Shown here: positions 50,631 to 58,987 of the stretch, in pieces
Layout of the letters: each line of letters starts with the position of its first letter
How positions within the stretch are numbered: position 1 is the first letter of the stretch
Source of the DNA: an uncultured Gammaproteobacteria bacterium
GTDB lineage: Bacteria > Patescibacteriota > Patescibacteriia > CAZGFX01
NCBI GenBank assembly: GCA_964524845.1
Contig: CAZGFX010000001.1
Location: forward strand, 293,034-357,033
Length of the DNA: 64,000 nt
Direction of reading: 5' to 3'
Notes under the pieces: generated by a model
Database searches by the model: none
What the model saw: the letters and a program-made list of their open reading frames with translations, nothing else
Told to the model about the DNA's origin: nothing
Translations under genes and position numbers: made by a program

Positions 50631-51413
50631 TTAAGAAACAATCGTTCTTTCTACTGGCACATCAATGGAAAAACATGTTCCGAGTCCTTCCTTACTGATC
50701 ACCCCAATTGTGCCATTATGATCTTTAACAGTCTTGTTAACAACTGCGAGTCCGAGTCCTGTGCCACCACCTGATTTGTTCGTTGTAAAATAATGATCAA
50801 ATATTTTATTAATATTATCAGGTGAAATTCCTATTCCATTATCTCTGACACTTATTTGTACAAATTCTTTTTCGTTTTCATCTTTTTTTACAACAACAGA
50901 AACACTAATAAAATACTGCTTTGTCATCCCCTTGGTATTCAAACGATCCTTTTCAATTGCTACACGAGCGTTTAACAAAAGATTTATAATCGCATCGCGC
51001 ATACTTAATTCGTGACCGCTTATAAAAACTTTTTCCGATGGAACATTTTTTTGAACAAAAACAGTATTGAATACAGCATCCTCCTTAAGAACAGATCTCA
51101 TAAGACTACAAATATCGTATGATTTCTTTTCAAGAGATTCTCCTCTTATTCTACAAAGTGTGGTTTTAATTGTTTCATCGGCCTTTCTAACGGTTGTTGA
51201 TGCCTCGTCAATAGCCTTATAAAGCATTTGTTGAAAATCTTGTTCGTTCTTTGTTTTTTGTTTAATAATTTGTTCTGCGAGATGAAGATCGGCCAAAATA
51301 ATTGCAAACATGTTTTTAAGACTATGAGCCATTTCAGCTGTGATGCCACAAACCTCGTCGAGACGCTCGAGTGGTGTGCGCCTCCTTTCTTCTGATGATG
51401 ATTTGTTCTCCAT
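50631..51413 (-). CDS. Soluble histidine kinase core (HisKA + HATPase) with no sensor domain
   Basis: H-box AHSLKN, N-box NLLLNA, DNGIGI, YFTT, GTGLGL. Confidence 0.9.
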   Translation of the reverse strand: MENKSSSEERRRTPLERLDEVCGITAEMAHSLKNMFAIILADLHLAEQIIKQKTKNEQDFQQMLYKAIDEASTTVRKADETIKTTLCRIRGESLEKKSYDICSLMRSVLKEDAVFNTVFVQKNVPSEKVFISGHELSMRDAIINLLLNARVAIEKDRLNTKGMTKQYFISVSVVVKKDENEKEFVQISVRDNGIGISPDNINKIFDHYFTTNKSGGGTGLGLAVVNKTVKDHNGTIGVISKEGLGTCFSIDVPVERTIVS

Positions 51414-51561
51414 TGTAAAGATCCTTTCTGTTGCAAATAATATGTAGCTGCTGGAGATTTAATAATCTTTATATTTATTTTACTTTTTCTTAAGTGTACG
51501 GTTTTTTAATAAAAAAATCAAAAAAACAACTTATACAAAGTATTTTTCGCACTTAAAAATA

Positions 51562-53037
51562 TCATTTATTCCAAAATGTAATTTTAAAATAATTTCTCGG
51601 ATACCACACAAGACGAAGACCAAATTGTCTTTTAAATTGCGAATACCCCTTCCATGATTTCGGATCACCTTTTTTCCAAACAAGTCCGAAATTTAAAAAA
51701 CTTATTCCCTTTTTAATAGCATATTTATACCATTCGTCTATAAGTCCGTATCCAACGGACGTTCCCTCTGCTTCTCTGCACATGAAAGAAATCAGATGCT
51801 CTGACTGACCTGCGTCAGGATAATCAACTGTGGCGAGGCCTGCGACGGATTTTCCTGTTTCAATATTTCTAACAAGCAACATCGTGACATCTTCCACGTG
51901 TTTCTCTACATGAAATTGAAGCACTCTCATAAACCCAGTTCGAAGTATCCAATCGAGTTTTCCAGAATCTTTGTAGCTTTCTGAAAACTCATCAAAAGAA
52001 ACTTTTTTTATTGAGTGTGCATTATCTTCTTCCCATTTCTTTGTATGTCGTTTCGCATGTTTAGACCAATCTTCTTTATATTGTTCATGTATTCTAGCGA
52101 ATCCGTTCTGACGAAACGATGACACGAACATATTTCGAAACCATCCTTTTTGTTTTTTTGTTTTTGTGATCGGATACCATAAAACTAGTCGCAGGCCTCG
52201 CCACTCATCGAGTACTGGCTCAACATCTGATTTGTATCTCTCAAAAGCAAACGGACCTTTTGTGTATCGGACTCCATAACACCCTTCTTTCCCGACAATC
52301 TTCGGTGAACACGGCCGGTAAAGCGCAAGAGATAAATATGAACGAGACTGATCTCTGTCTTGATATTGTTCAGGAATAGAATCTCCTATACACCCTTGTC
52401 CATTATGTCTATATACGGCCATTCTATTGTATTGATATCGCAAGTGGTCCCAGCATGAAAAATTTTTTTCAAATACAGAGGATAGTGTTTTTTTGTTCCT
52501 ATAAAAATTAACAAGAAGATACCCCGTTGTTTCCAAGACTTCTGAAATTAACCTCAAAAAAGCATCTGCGTACATAAGTGGCGAAGGAGATGTGCCATTG
52601 AAAATATCCACAATCACGACATCAAATTTTCTGTTTTCCTTTACAAATAAGTTAAGCGATGTGTTTGCGTCATTAATAATAACCTCGGGAGAAAAATCTA
52701 TTTTATCGAAAACAATTTCACGGGCAATATCGACCATGATCGGATCATGTTCAATGACAGTGATGTGCGCGCGCGGAAACCGCGCGCGCACAACAGAAAC
52801 ACCTCCTCCACCTCCAAGCCCTAACATCAAAACATTTTTAACAGAATGTTCTTTCGGAACTCTTTTCAAAACTTTTTTCCATAAAGAACTCACATAAGGA
52901 CCCGACTGATAACAACCTCCCGCCATAACATCATAAGAGAAAAGATGTTTTTTTATCGTAATAAGACCATTTTTATCAGAAAAAACAGTCCTTTTGTGCG
53001 GAAGTATTTGTAATGCCTTTTTAAAAAATTGTGTCAT
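51562..53037 (-). CDS. Fusion of a spermidine-synthase-like SAM domain and a FemAB/GNAT-like domain
   Basis: LMLGLGGG, VIEHDP, FDVVIVD; C-terminal FLNFG...W.GYSQFK.QFG. Confidence 0.7.
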   Translation of the reverse strand: MTQFFKKALQILPHKRTVFSDKNGLITIKKHLFSYDVMAGGCYQSGPYVSSLWKKVLKRVPKEHSVKNVLMLGLGGGGGVSVVRARFPRAHITVIEHDPIMVDIAREIVFDKIDFSPEVIINDANTSLNLFVKENRKFDVVIVDIFNGTSPSPLMYADAFLRLISEVLETTGYLLVNFYRNKKTLSSVFEKNFSCWDHLRYQYNRMAVYRHNGQGCIGDSIPEQYQDRDQSRSYLSLALYRPCSPKIVGKEGCYGVRYTKGPFAFERYKSDVEPVLDEWRGLRLVLWYPITKTKKQKGWFRNMFVSSFRQNGFARIHEQYKEDWSKHAKRHTKKWEEDNAHSIKKVSFDEFSESYKDSGKLDWILRTGFMRVLQFHVEKHVEDVTMLLVRNIETGKSVAGLATVDYPDAGQSEHLISFMCREAEGTSVGYGLIDEWYKYAIKKGISFLNFGLVWKKGDPKSWKGYSQFKRQFGLRLVWYPRNYFKITFWNK

Positions 53038-53046
53038 GAAAAATGA

Positions 53047-53694
53047 TTACAAGTTGCTTTTTATTCTAATGATTGCCTTTTTCATGTTTCTCATTCCTTG
53101 CCCAACAGGATACCACGTAGGAAAAACCGGAAATGATTTTGAGCCAATAATAAGTGTTTCGTTTTGACTTTTTTTATATTCCGACACTTTAATTGGTTTT
53201 TGCAATAAAATTTCACTTACTTGGTTTCCAAAAGAAAATATTTTCTCGGGTTGAATTGACATTATTTCTTCTAGTGTATGAGGAAGATATTCTTCAAATA
53301 TTTTTGTATGAAGCGGTCGAGCATCTATTTGTGTGCATTTTGCAAGATTTGTTATATATAGGCCATTTTTTGCACATGTTTCATATATATCAATAGCGAA
53401 TTCTGGCGTCCATTCCGATGTAATACGAGATTGTGTTTCTTCAAAAAGATCTTTTGTAATTCCACCGACAGCGTATATGATCTTCCATATATTCTTTGTT
53501 CCTATCCACGGAGCACGAATTCCTTTCCATGTGCGATGCGCTGAAATATTTTTTGCGGTCGGATTCATGAACAGAAAAATAGCTTTCGGTTTTCGAATGC
53601 ATCCGGCACCATAAATCGGACATAATCGCGATTCTCCATGAGTGCGATGGAGCGCGGAGAGAGCATTACAAGAATTCGATAATTGAAGGCGCAT
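53047..53694 (-). CDS. Uracil-DNA glycosylase superfamily protein
   Basis: FMNP, YITNLAKC, EEI..IQPEKI.SFG, TWYP. Confidence 0.75.
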   Translation of the reverse strand: MRLQLSNSCNALSALHRTHGESRLCPIYGAGCIRKPKAIFLFMNPTAKNISAHRTWKGIRAPWIGTKNIWKIIYAVGGITKDLFEETQSRITSEWTPEFAIDIYETCAKNGLYITNLAKCTQIDARPLHTKIFEEYLPHTLEEIMSIQPEKIFSFGNQVSEILLQKPIKVSEYKKSQNETLIIGSKSFPVFPTWYPVGQGMRNMKKAIIRIKSNL

Positions 53695-53701
53695 ATAATT
53701 A

Positions 53702-54034
53702 TTACAACTCAATTAGCACAATGCTTACAACACCGAGCGCAATACCTATCTTGTTTACAACGGAAAGATCTTCATTAAAATAAAAAACCCCTACGGCTAC
53801 AATAGCTATTAAATTTAATAGTGTAAAAACAGAAATTGCTTTTGATAAAAATTCATAACGCAAAGAAATCGCCCAAAACACCGTCCCGACAAAATAAATC
53901 AAAAGACCAATATATAGCAGTGTGTTTTTCGTATCAACAGACCATTTTTTAAATAAAACATCACCTATGATTTCAAAAACAACCGCAACTATTATTAATA
54001 TGAAAAAAATAATTTTTGAATTTTGTAGAAACAT
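53702..54034 (-). CDS. SMR/DMT-family small four-TM transporter
   Basis: FEIIGD in TM1, four helices, FNEDL...KIGI; start taken as ATG 54034. Confidence 0.8.
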   Translation of the reverse strand: MFLQNSKIIFFILIIVAVVFEIIGDVLFKKWSVDTKNTLLYIGLLIYFVGTVFWAISLRYEFLSKAISVFTLLNLIAIVAVGVFYFNEDLSVVNKIGIALGVVSIVLIEL

Positions 54035-54154
54035 TGAAAAAATATATTTATTTAGACAAAGCAAAAAAGACATAGTCTGGCTGTGCCGGCCCGAACCCTG
54101 AACTTGTTTCAGGGGTAGGCTGGCCGTGCCATCCGAAGCGCGAAGCGCGTAGGA

Positions 54155-54242
54155 TGGAGGAGAGGAAGGGATTCGAACCCTCGATCCCTTGCGGGACACA
54201 GCGTTTCGAGTGCTGCGCATTCAACCACTCTGCCACCTCTCC
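54155..54242 (-). tRNA. tRNA-Ser(CGA)
   Basis: GGAGAGG acceptor strand, anticodon loop CTCGAAA, long variable arm, CCA; A-C mismatch at the base of the anticodon stem. Confidence 0.92.
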
Positions 54243-54466
54243 ATATGAGAAAATATTACAACCAAAGTATACAATTAAACAAGAAAAATGTTTTAAACAA
54301 GGAGCTTGCCCTGTAGTTCGAGCGTAAGCGAGAACGTACCAGGGCCACCTCTCCATATGAGAAAATATTACAACCAAAGTATACAATTAAACAAGAAAAA
54401 TGTTTTAAACAAGGAGCTTGCCCTGTAGTTCGAGCGTAAGCGAGAACGTACCAGGGCCACCTCTCC
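54243..54466 (-). repeat. tRNA-Ser(CGA) 5'-side array: two identical 112-bp units
   Basis: GCCACCTCTCC ends at 54242 (tRNA), 54354 and 54466. Confidence 0.95.
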
Positions 54467-54594
54467 ATATTTAAAAACAATGTTATAAAGAAACAATTGT
54501 AGATTATCAAAATCATTATTTAAAAACAACTACAAAAAGCGCGTTTCATCGCAAAGAAAATCCCCGCCTGCTTTTGTTGCAAACGGGGATAAAA

Positions 54595-55173
54595 TTATGC
54601 TATAACGTGTTCGTGGCAACGATCGGCCTCTTCTAAAATTATTTGGAGTTGCTCGACTCTTTTTTCAATCCACTCTCTCACGAAGTCAAACACTTCAGGG
54701 TGTTTGGCGACGTGTTCCTTGTAATACGTAATTGAATATCCTCTTGTACCGTATCTTTTCAAAGAGGGATCTGGATACCACTCAATATGATCCCCTGTAA
54801 TCGGACGCATTCCGGGAACAACTTTCAAAACCGCATGACCTTCTGTGGTATCTGCAAACTCTTTATTAAAAAAAGCGCTCAGTTGTTGAAGCGAATTAAT
54901 TTCCGCAGAAAAGTTATCAGTAATAGGAACCAGCCCGATTGAGTCGTGAACCCTATTACTTTCTTCTGCAATCTCGGCATCAATTCCGGAATCCCTCCAA
55001 TTTATAACTAAATTGAAGAACTTAATAACCCCACCAAAAGGATCAGCGGGATCGGCGTGTTTAATTTCTTCTGATTTTTTACAGAGACAACATATGATTT
55101 CGTCATATGTCATTTCTCTTTGTGTTAAAAAACCTAGATAATCCTCGCAAAACTTAGCTTTGAAAGTTTTCAT
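54595..55173 (-). CDS. Hypothetical protein
   Basis: 192 aa; TTGACA-17-TATACT promoter, hairpin plus AGGAG leader, own terminator. Confidence 0.75.
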   Translation of the reverse strand: MKTFKAKFCEDYLGFLTQREMTYDEIICCLCKKSEEIKHADPADPFGGVIKFFNLVINWRDSGIDAEIAEESNRVHDSIGLVPITDNFSAEINSLQQLSAFFNKEFADTTEGHAVLKVVPGMRPITGDHIEWYPDPSLKRYGTRGYSITYYKEHVAKHPEVFDFVREWIEKRVEQLQIILEEADRCHEHVIA

Positions 55174-55278
55174 TTTACTCTCCTGTCGCTCAAAAAGCGA
55201 CTGTTTTTTTGTTTGTTTTTAAATTTATTGTTTTATTTTCATAAAAGTATACATGTAAAAAAGCGTTGTGTCAATGGC

Positions 55279-55557
55279 TTATAAATCAATTGAATAAACG
55301 TCTTTTCTGTGTTTTATAACAAGTATGTTTATAATGACCAAGTCTTTTTCATTTTCAATATCAAAAATCACTCTGTATTCACCTATACGAAAACGATACT
55401 CTCCACACCTCCTGTCTTTTAATTTTTTGGCACACAATAAAGGATTTTGTGTTTTTTCAAAAAAATATAATTTATCAATAATTCTTCGTGCAGTATTTTT
55501 TTCTAATTTTTGTAATTGTCTAAGCGCTTGCTGGGATAAGCGAATAGAATATCTCAT
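55279..55557 (-). CDS. relE: RelE/ParE-family toxin
   Basis: A.RQLQKL...EYRFRIGEYRVIF...HRKDVY. Confidence 0.9.
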   Translation of the reverse strand: MRYSIRLSQQALRQLQKLEKNTARRIIDKLYFFEKTQNPLLCAKKLKDRRCGEYRFRIGEYRVIFDIENEKDLVIINILVIKHRKDVYSIDL

Positions 55558-55802
55558 AAACCAAGTTTTTTACGCGCTTGTGTAAGAGAGTGTGTCTTAT
55601 TATTTTTAATATCATCTCGACCTGTTTTAATATCAGAAATCAAAGACTCCAATTGAGTAATCCCTTTTCTTAAAGGCCTTACTTCAAATATTGGTGTGTT
55701 ACGATTAAGTATGATGTATTTCGTACCTTTCTTCTGTGCTTTTTTATAGTATTCCGCTATATTCATGCGAAATTCTTTTACTCCGATTAATTCCGTTGCC
55801 AT
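55554..55802 (-). CDS. Phd/YefM-like antitoxin
   Basis: IGVKEFR.N...IILNRNTP; stop codon overlaps the toxin start. Confidence 0.85.
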   Translation of the reverse strand: MATELIGVKEFRMNIAEYYKKAQKKGTKYIILNRNTPIFEVRPLRKGITQLESLISDIKTGRDDIKNNKTHSLTQARKKLGL

Positions 55803-55874
55803 AAAAAAATAAAGTGTACTTTAAGTGTACACCTTATAAATATCCGTGTCAATTGAGAACTCCTGCCATTCTAA

Positions 55875-56303
55875 TCACCCTTTCGTATCCCCATCTTTAT
55901 TTAAATACTGCACGGAACATTCCCCTCTGAAAAAACTCCACTCCTCACACTCTTTTCCATTCGCAAAAATACACCACCCTGTCTCGTTTCCTATTTCGTC
56001 TTTTCTTATTTCAAGTTTTCCGTCATTTTCAATACAAAAAACAGATGCTGGGTTTGCTATTCCAACTGGTTTTTCCGAACCGTCTTTTTTATCCTCAGAT
56101 AAAACGTTTTTTTCTGTTTCTTCTTTAACGTCTTTTGAACCACATCCGCTTATCGGCATTGGATCTGACGGATTTCCATGACGAATCCACGAGCCGTTTT
56201 CACATATCCATGTGTCCTCATCTCCTGATAAAAAACGAATTGTAATAAAAATTCCTGCTATAAGCAAAAACAGAACAGCAACTCCAATTAGTTTTTTATA
56301 CAT
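55875..56303 (-). CDS. DUF333-domain membrane-anchored protein
   Basis: EDTWIC.NG.WIRHGNP and IANPASVFC...G.C....ECEEW.FFRG. Confidence 0.85.
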   Translation of the reverse strand: MYKKLIGVAVLFLLIAGIFITIRFLSGDEDTWICENGSWIRHGNPSDPMPISGCGSKDVKEETEKNVLSEDKKDGSEKPVGIANPASVFCIENDGKLEIRKDEIGNETGWCIFANGKECEEWSFFRGECSVQYLNKDGDTKG

Positions 56304-56406
56304 AAAATTATTTTTTAATCATATAAACAAAAGATTTGTTTGTGTTTTAATTCAAAATTATATTAAAAGAAATAGCATGGCGAAGTCATGTCTCTCACGA
56401 GTGATG

Positions 56407-56495
56407 TGGCGGAGGGAGAGGGATTCGAACCCTCGGTACCTTTACGGTACGCCACCTTTCCAAGATGGTGCACTCGACCACTATGCGACCCCTCC
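56407..56495 (-). tRNA. tRNA-Ser(GGA)
   Basis: Anticodon arm CCATC-TTGGAAA-GGTGG, long variable arm, CCA end. Confidence 0.95.
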
Positions 56496-56866
56496 ATACG
56501 AGAAAACTATATTACAAACAATAAACAAATCCTAGCAAATACTTTTTGTAGTTGAGTCTGCCCCGCAATCAGCCTTTGGCTAATGTGCTGGGGCGACCCC
56601 TCCATACATTGTTTTCTTTGTTGTTATAATATATCCGACACAACTGCTTGACCACCCCCGCCTAAGCGGGGTCCCGCTTCGCGTGATGTGCGACCCCTCC
56701 ATAAATTACACTCCTTTTGTTATTATGATGTGTTCAACAAAATTGTTTGACCACCCCCGCCTAAGCGGGGTCCGGCTTCGCGTGATATGCGAAACAACTA
56801 CACTAGAAAACTATATTACAAACAATAAACAAATCCTAGCAAATACTTTTTTTAGTTGAGTCTGCC
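56496..56866 (-). repeat. tRNA-Ser(GGA) 5'-side array (three to four units of two types)
   Basis: GCGACCCCTCC ends at 56495 (tRNA), 56603 and 56700, partial copy at 56792; the first spacer recurs near 56805-56866. Confidence 0.9.
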
Positions 56867-56963
56867 GTGCAATAACTCCACAATACTACACGAAAAAACG
56901 CTTTATGCCAACATGAAAAACGGTTGATTTTGATACAAAAATGTGTTAATTTCCTATTGTTCT

Positions 56964-57123
56964 CTTTTCGTGGGTGAGTACCCTGTACAATCTCGCTAAC
57001 GCTCGATTTACATGGCAGGGCTTCCCGCACAATCTCACTTTCGTTCAATTTGCGGGACGGGTTACCGAACTATTTATGTCGTGTTAGTATGATATAATCT
57101 ATTCATACAAAAATACTTTTCGT
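56964..57123 (+). repeat. tRNA-Ile 5'-side unit with two nested hairpins
   Basis: CTTTTCGTGGGTGAGTA duplicated, hairpin, GCT, hairpin, GGTTACC, 57-nt spacer, then the tRNA. Confidence 0.9.
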
Positions 57124-57200
57124 GGGTGAGTAGCTCAGTTGGTTAGAGCACAGATCTTATAAGTCTGCGGTCGAGAGTTCAAATCTCTCCTCACCCACCA
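57124..57200 (+). tRNA. tRNA-Ile(TAT)
   Basis: Cloverleaf, anticodon arm CAGAT-CTTATAA-GTCTG, A73 discriminator, CCA end. Confidence 0.92.
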
Positions 57201-57505
57201 TTCGATCGTCGCTTCGCTCCATTCGCCCCACTTACAGCGAACCAGAATTTTTTATAATATTACTAACCCTCGTGTTTTATAATTAGAATATATAACTTTT
57301 GCCACCAAATAATGGTGTTTTTCTTCTAATATAAGAGAAAAACAGGTGGTTTTTTATTACGCGGTTTTTACCATCAGATAATTATGGTGTATTTTTATCG
57401 TAATATGAGATATATTTAATATATAAGAATTATCAAAGGATAATAAACTCCATTTTTATTTCGGAGCCAAATTATCTTTCTATAACAAATAAATAGAATA
57501 AAACC

Positions 57506-58945
57506 ATGTCTACACAAATAAAAAATTTGTTTTTAAAAATATTTCCTGTTTGTTTAATTTTCGGTCTATTAACACAGATCACTCCTGTTTTTGCTGTTTC
57601 TACTATTGGGCAAAATATATCAACCGGTGGTAATTTAACCGTTGACGGAGGTTTCACACTTTCTGGAACCACAGCTGGTTCTTTGTTGTTTTCGGGTGCT
57701 GGAGGACTAATTTCACAAGATAATGCAAATCTTTTTTGGAATAATACAAATAATTGGCTTGGCATAGGAACAAACACACCTCAGTATGAGTTGGATGTTT
57801 TTCATACTGATAACGAACACGGTCAGATCCGTGCTAACAAAGGAACGTTTGGTGAACCTAATAATAATGACAATGATCTGATAATCGGATTTGATATGAT
57901 AGGCGGAGAAGTTGGTATGGATTGGAAAAAGAACGACGATCTTATTGTCGGAGTAAATGCAACTCAAACCGCTTATAAGTTTGGTGGATATCACAATGAT
58001 AAAGGTGTCTCTGTAAATTTAGTTACAGGTAATGTCGGTATTAGAACAACGACCCCGAATTCTTATTTCCAAGTTGTTACCGATGATGGAAGTTCATTAC
58101 TTGAGGTTGGTGGAGCCGCTGGTGCAAGAATTGTTAAATTAGGCGACATATCAGAAAATAGCTGGGGAACCAAATTAACAGTAGATGGTGAAGCAGGTGT
58201 ATCCTATTTTCAAAACGGCAATGTTGGGATTGGTAAAACAAACCCACAATCTAGCTTGGATATACTTGGTAATTTGCGTGTTGGTGGTGATGGGCACGAA
58301 GATGCTGCGTTTTCTGTTAAGGGTATAGTCGGTAAAAATATAGTAGCTAACTTTAGAGATAAAGATGGTGAGAATGTTTTTAAAACAGAAGGAAGTATCA
58401 GTGGAAATAGTCTTTTTGTAAGATTTGGTGATATGGATGAGGTTGGTAATGGTACAAGTTTCACAATAGATTATGCTAATGAACGTTTTCTTTTTAACAC
58501 TGGAAACGTCGGAATTGGAACTGCTAATCCTCTGTCACTTTTACACATCAAGGGTAGCGATATAATAACTAGATTTGAAATTACTAATAATAGTAGGGGT
58601 GGTGTATATATCGGTAATGGTGCCATGTTCTCAGGAGATGAGGCTGGTTTATATGACATGGGTAGTGATTTCCCTCTTGCTGTTTTTGATGCTGCAGATG
58701 ATACGGCTCATTATGGAAACATAATTATAGACAATGAAAAAGTTGGTATTGGCACAACTACTCCAGGAGAAAAATTAGAGGTAAATGGCGGAATAAAATA
58801 CAATACCGCGACAGCAAAACCAGTCTGTGATGCAACAACAAGAGGAACAACTTGGTTTACTCGAAGCGCCGCAGGAGTCAAAGATGCTTTTGAAGTATGT
58901 GCAAAAGACGCTGCCAATGCTTATGCATGGAGAATATTATATTAA
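57506..58945 (+). CDS. Secreted fibre-like protein with GNVGIGTTxP repeats
   Basis: Signal peptide, five (N/K)(V/L)GI(G/R)xxxP motifs, Cys-containing C-terminal cap. Confidence 0.8.
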   Translation: MSTQIKNLFLKIFPVCLIFGLLTQITPVFAVSTIGQNISTGGNLTVDGGFTLSGTTAGSLLFSGAGGLISQDNANLFWNNTNNWLGIGTNTPQYELDVFHTDNEHGQIRANKGTFGEPNNNDNDLIIGFDMIGGEVGMDWKKNDDLIVGVNATQTAYKFGGYHNDKGVSVNLVTGNVGIRTTTPNSYFQVVTDDGSSLLEVGGAAGARIVKLGDISENSWGTKLTVDGEAGVSYFQNGNVGIGKTNPQSSLDILGNLRVGGDGHEDAAFSVKGIVGKNIVANFRDKDGENVFKTEGSISGNSLFVRFGDMDEVGNGTSFTIDYANERFLFNTGNVGIGTANPLSLLHIKGSDIITRFEITNNSRGGVYIGNGAMFSGDEAGLYDMGSDFPLAVFDAADDTAHYGNIIIDNEKVGIGTTTPGEKLEVNGGIKYNTATAKPVCDATTRGTTWFTRSAAGVKDAFEVCAKDAANAYAWRILY

Positions 58946-58987
58946 TAAAAACGTAGGCTATAAAATTGAAATAATTAAACTGCTCTG

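Noticed and set aside
54048-54516. ORFs with duplicated MERWPWYVLAYARTTGQAPCLKHF peptides (also the ORFs at 9241, 20970, 21083 and 56212)
   Set aside because: They are translations of tRNA genes and their repeat arrays, not credible proteins.
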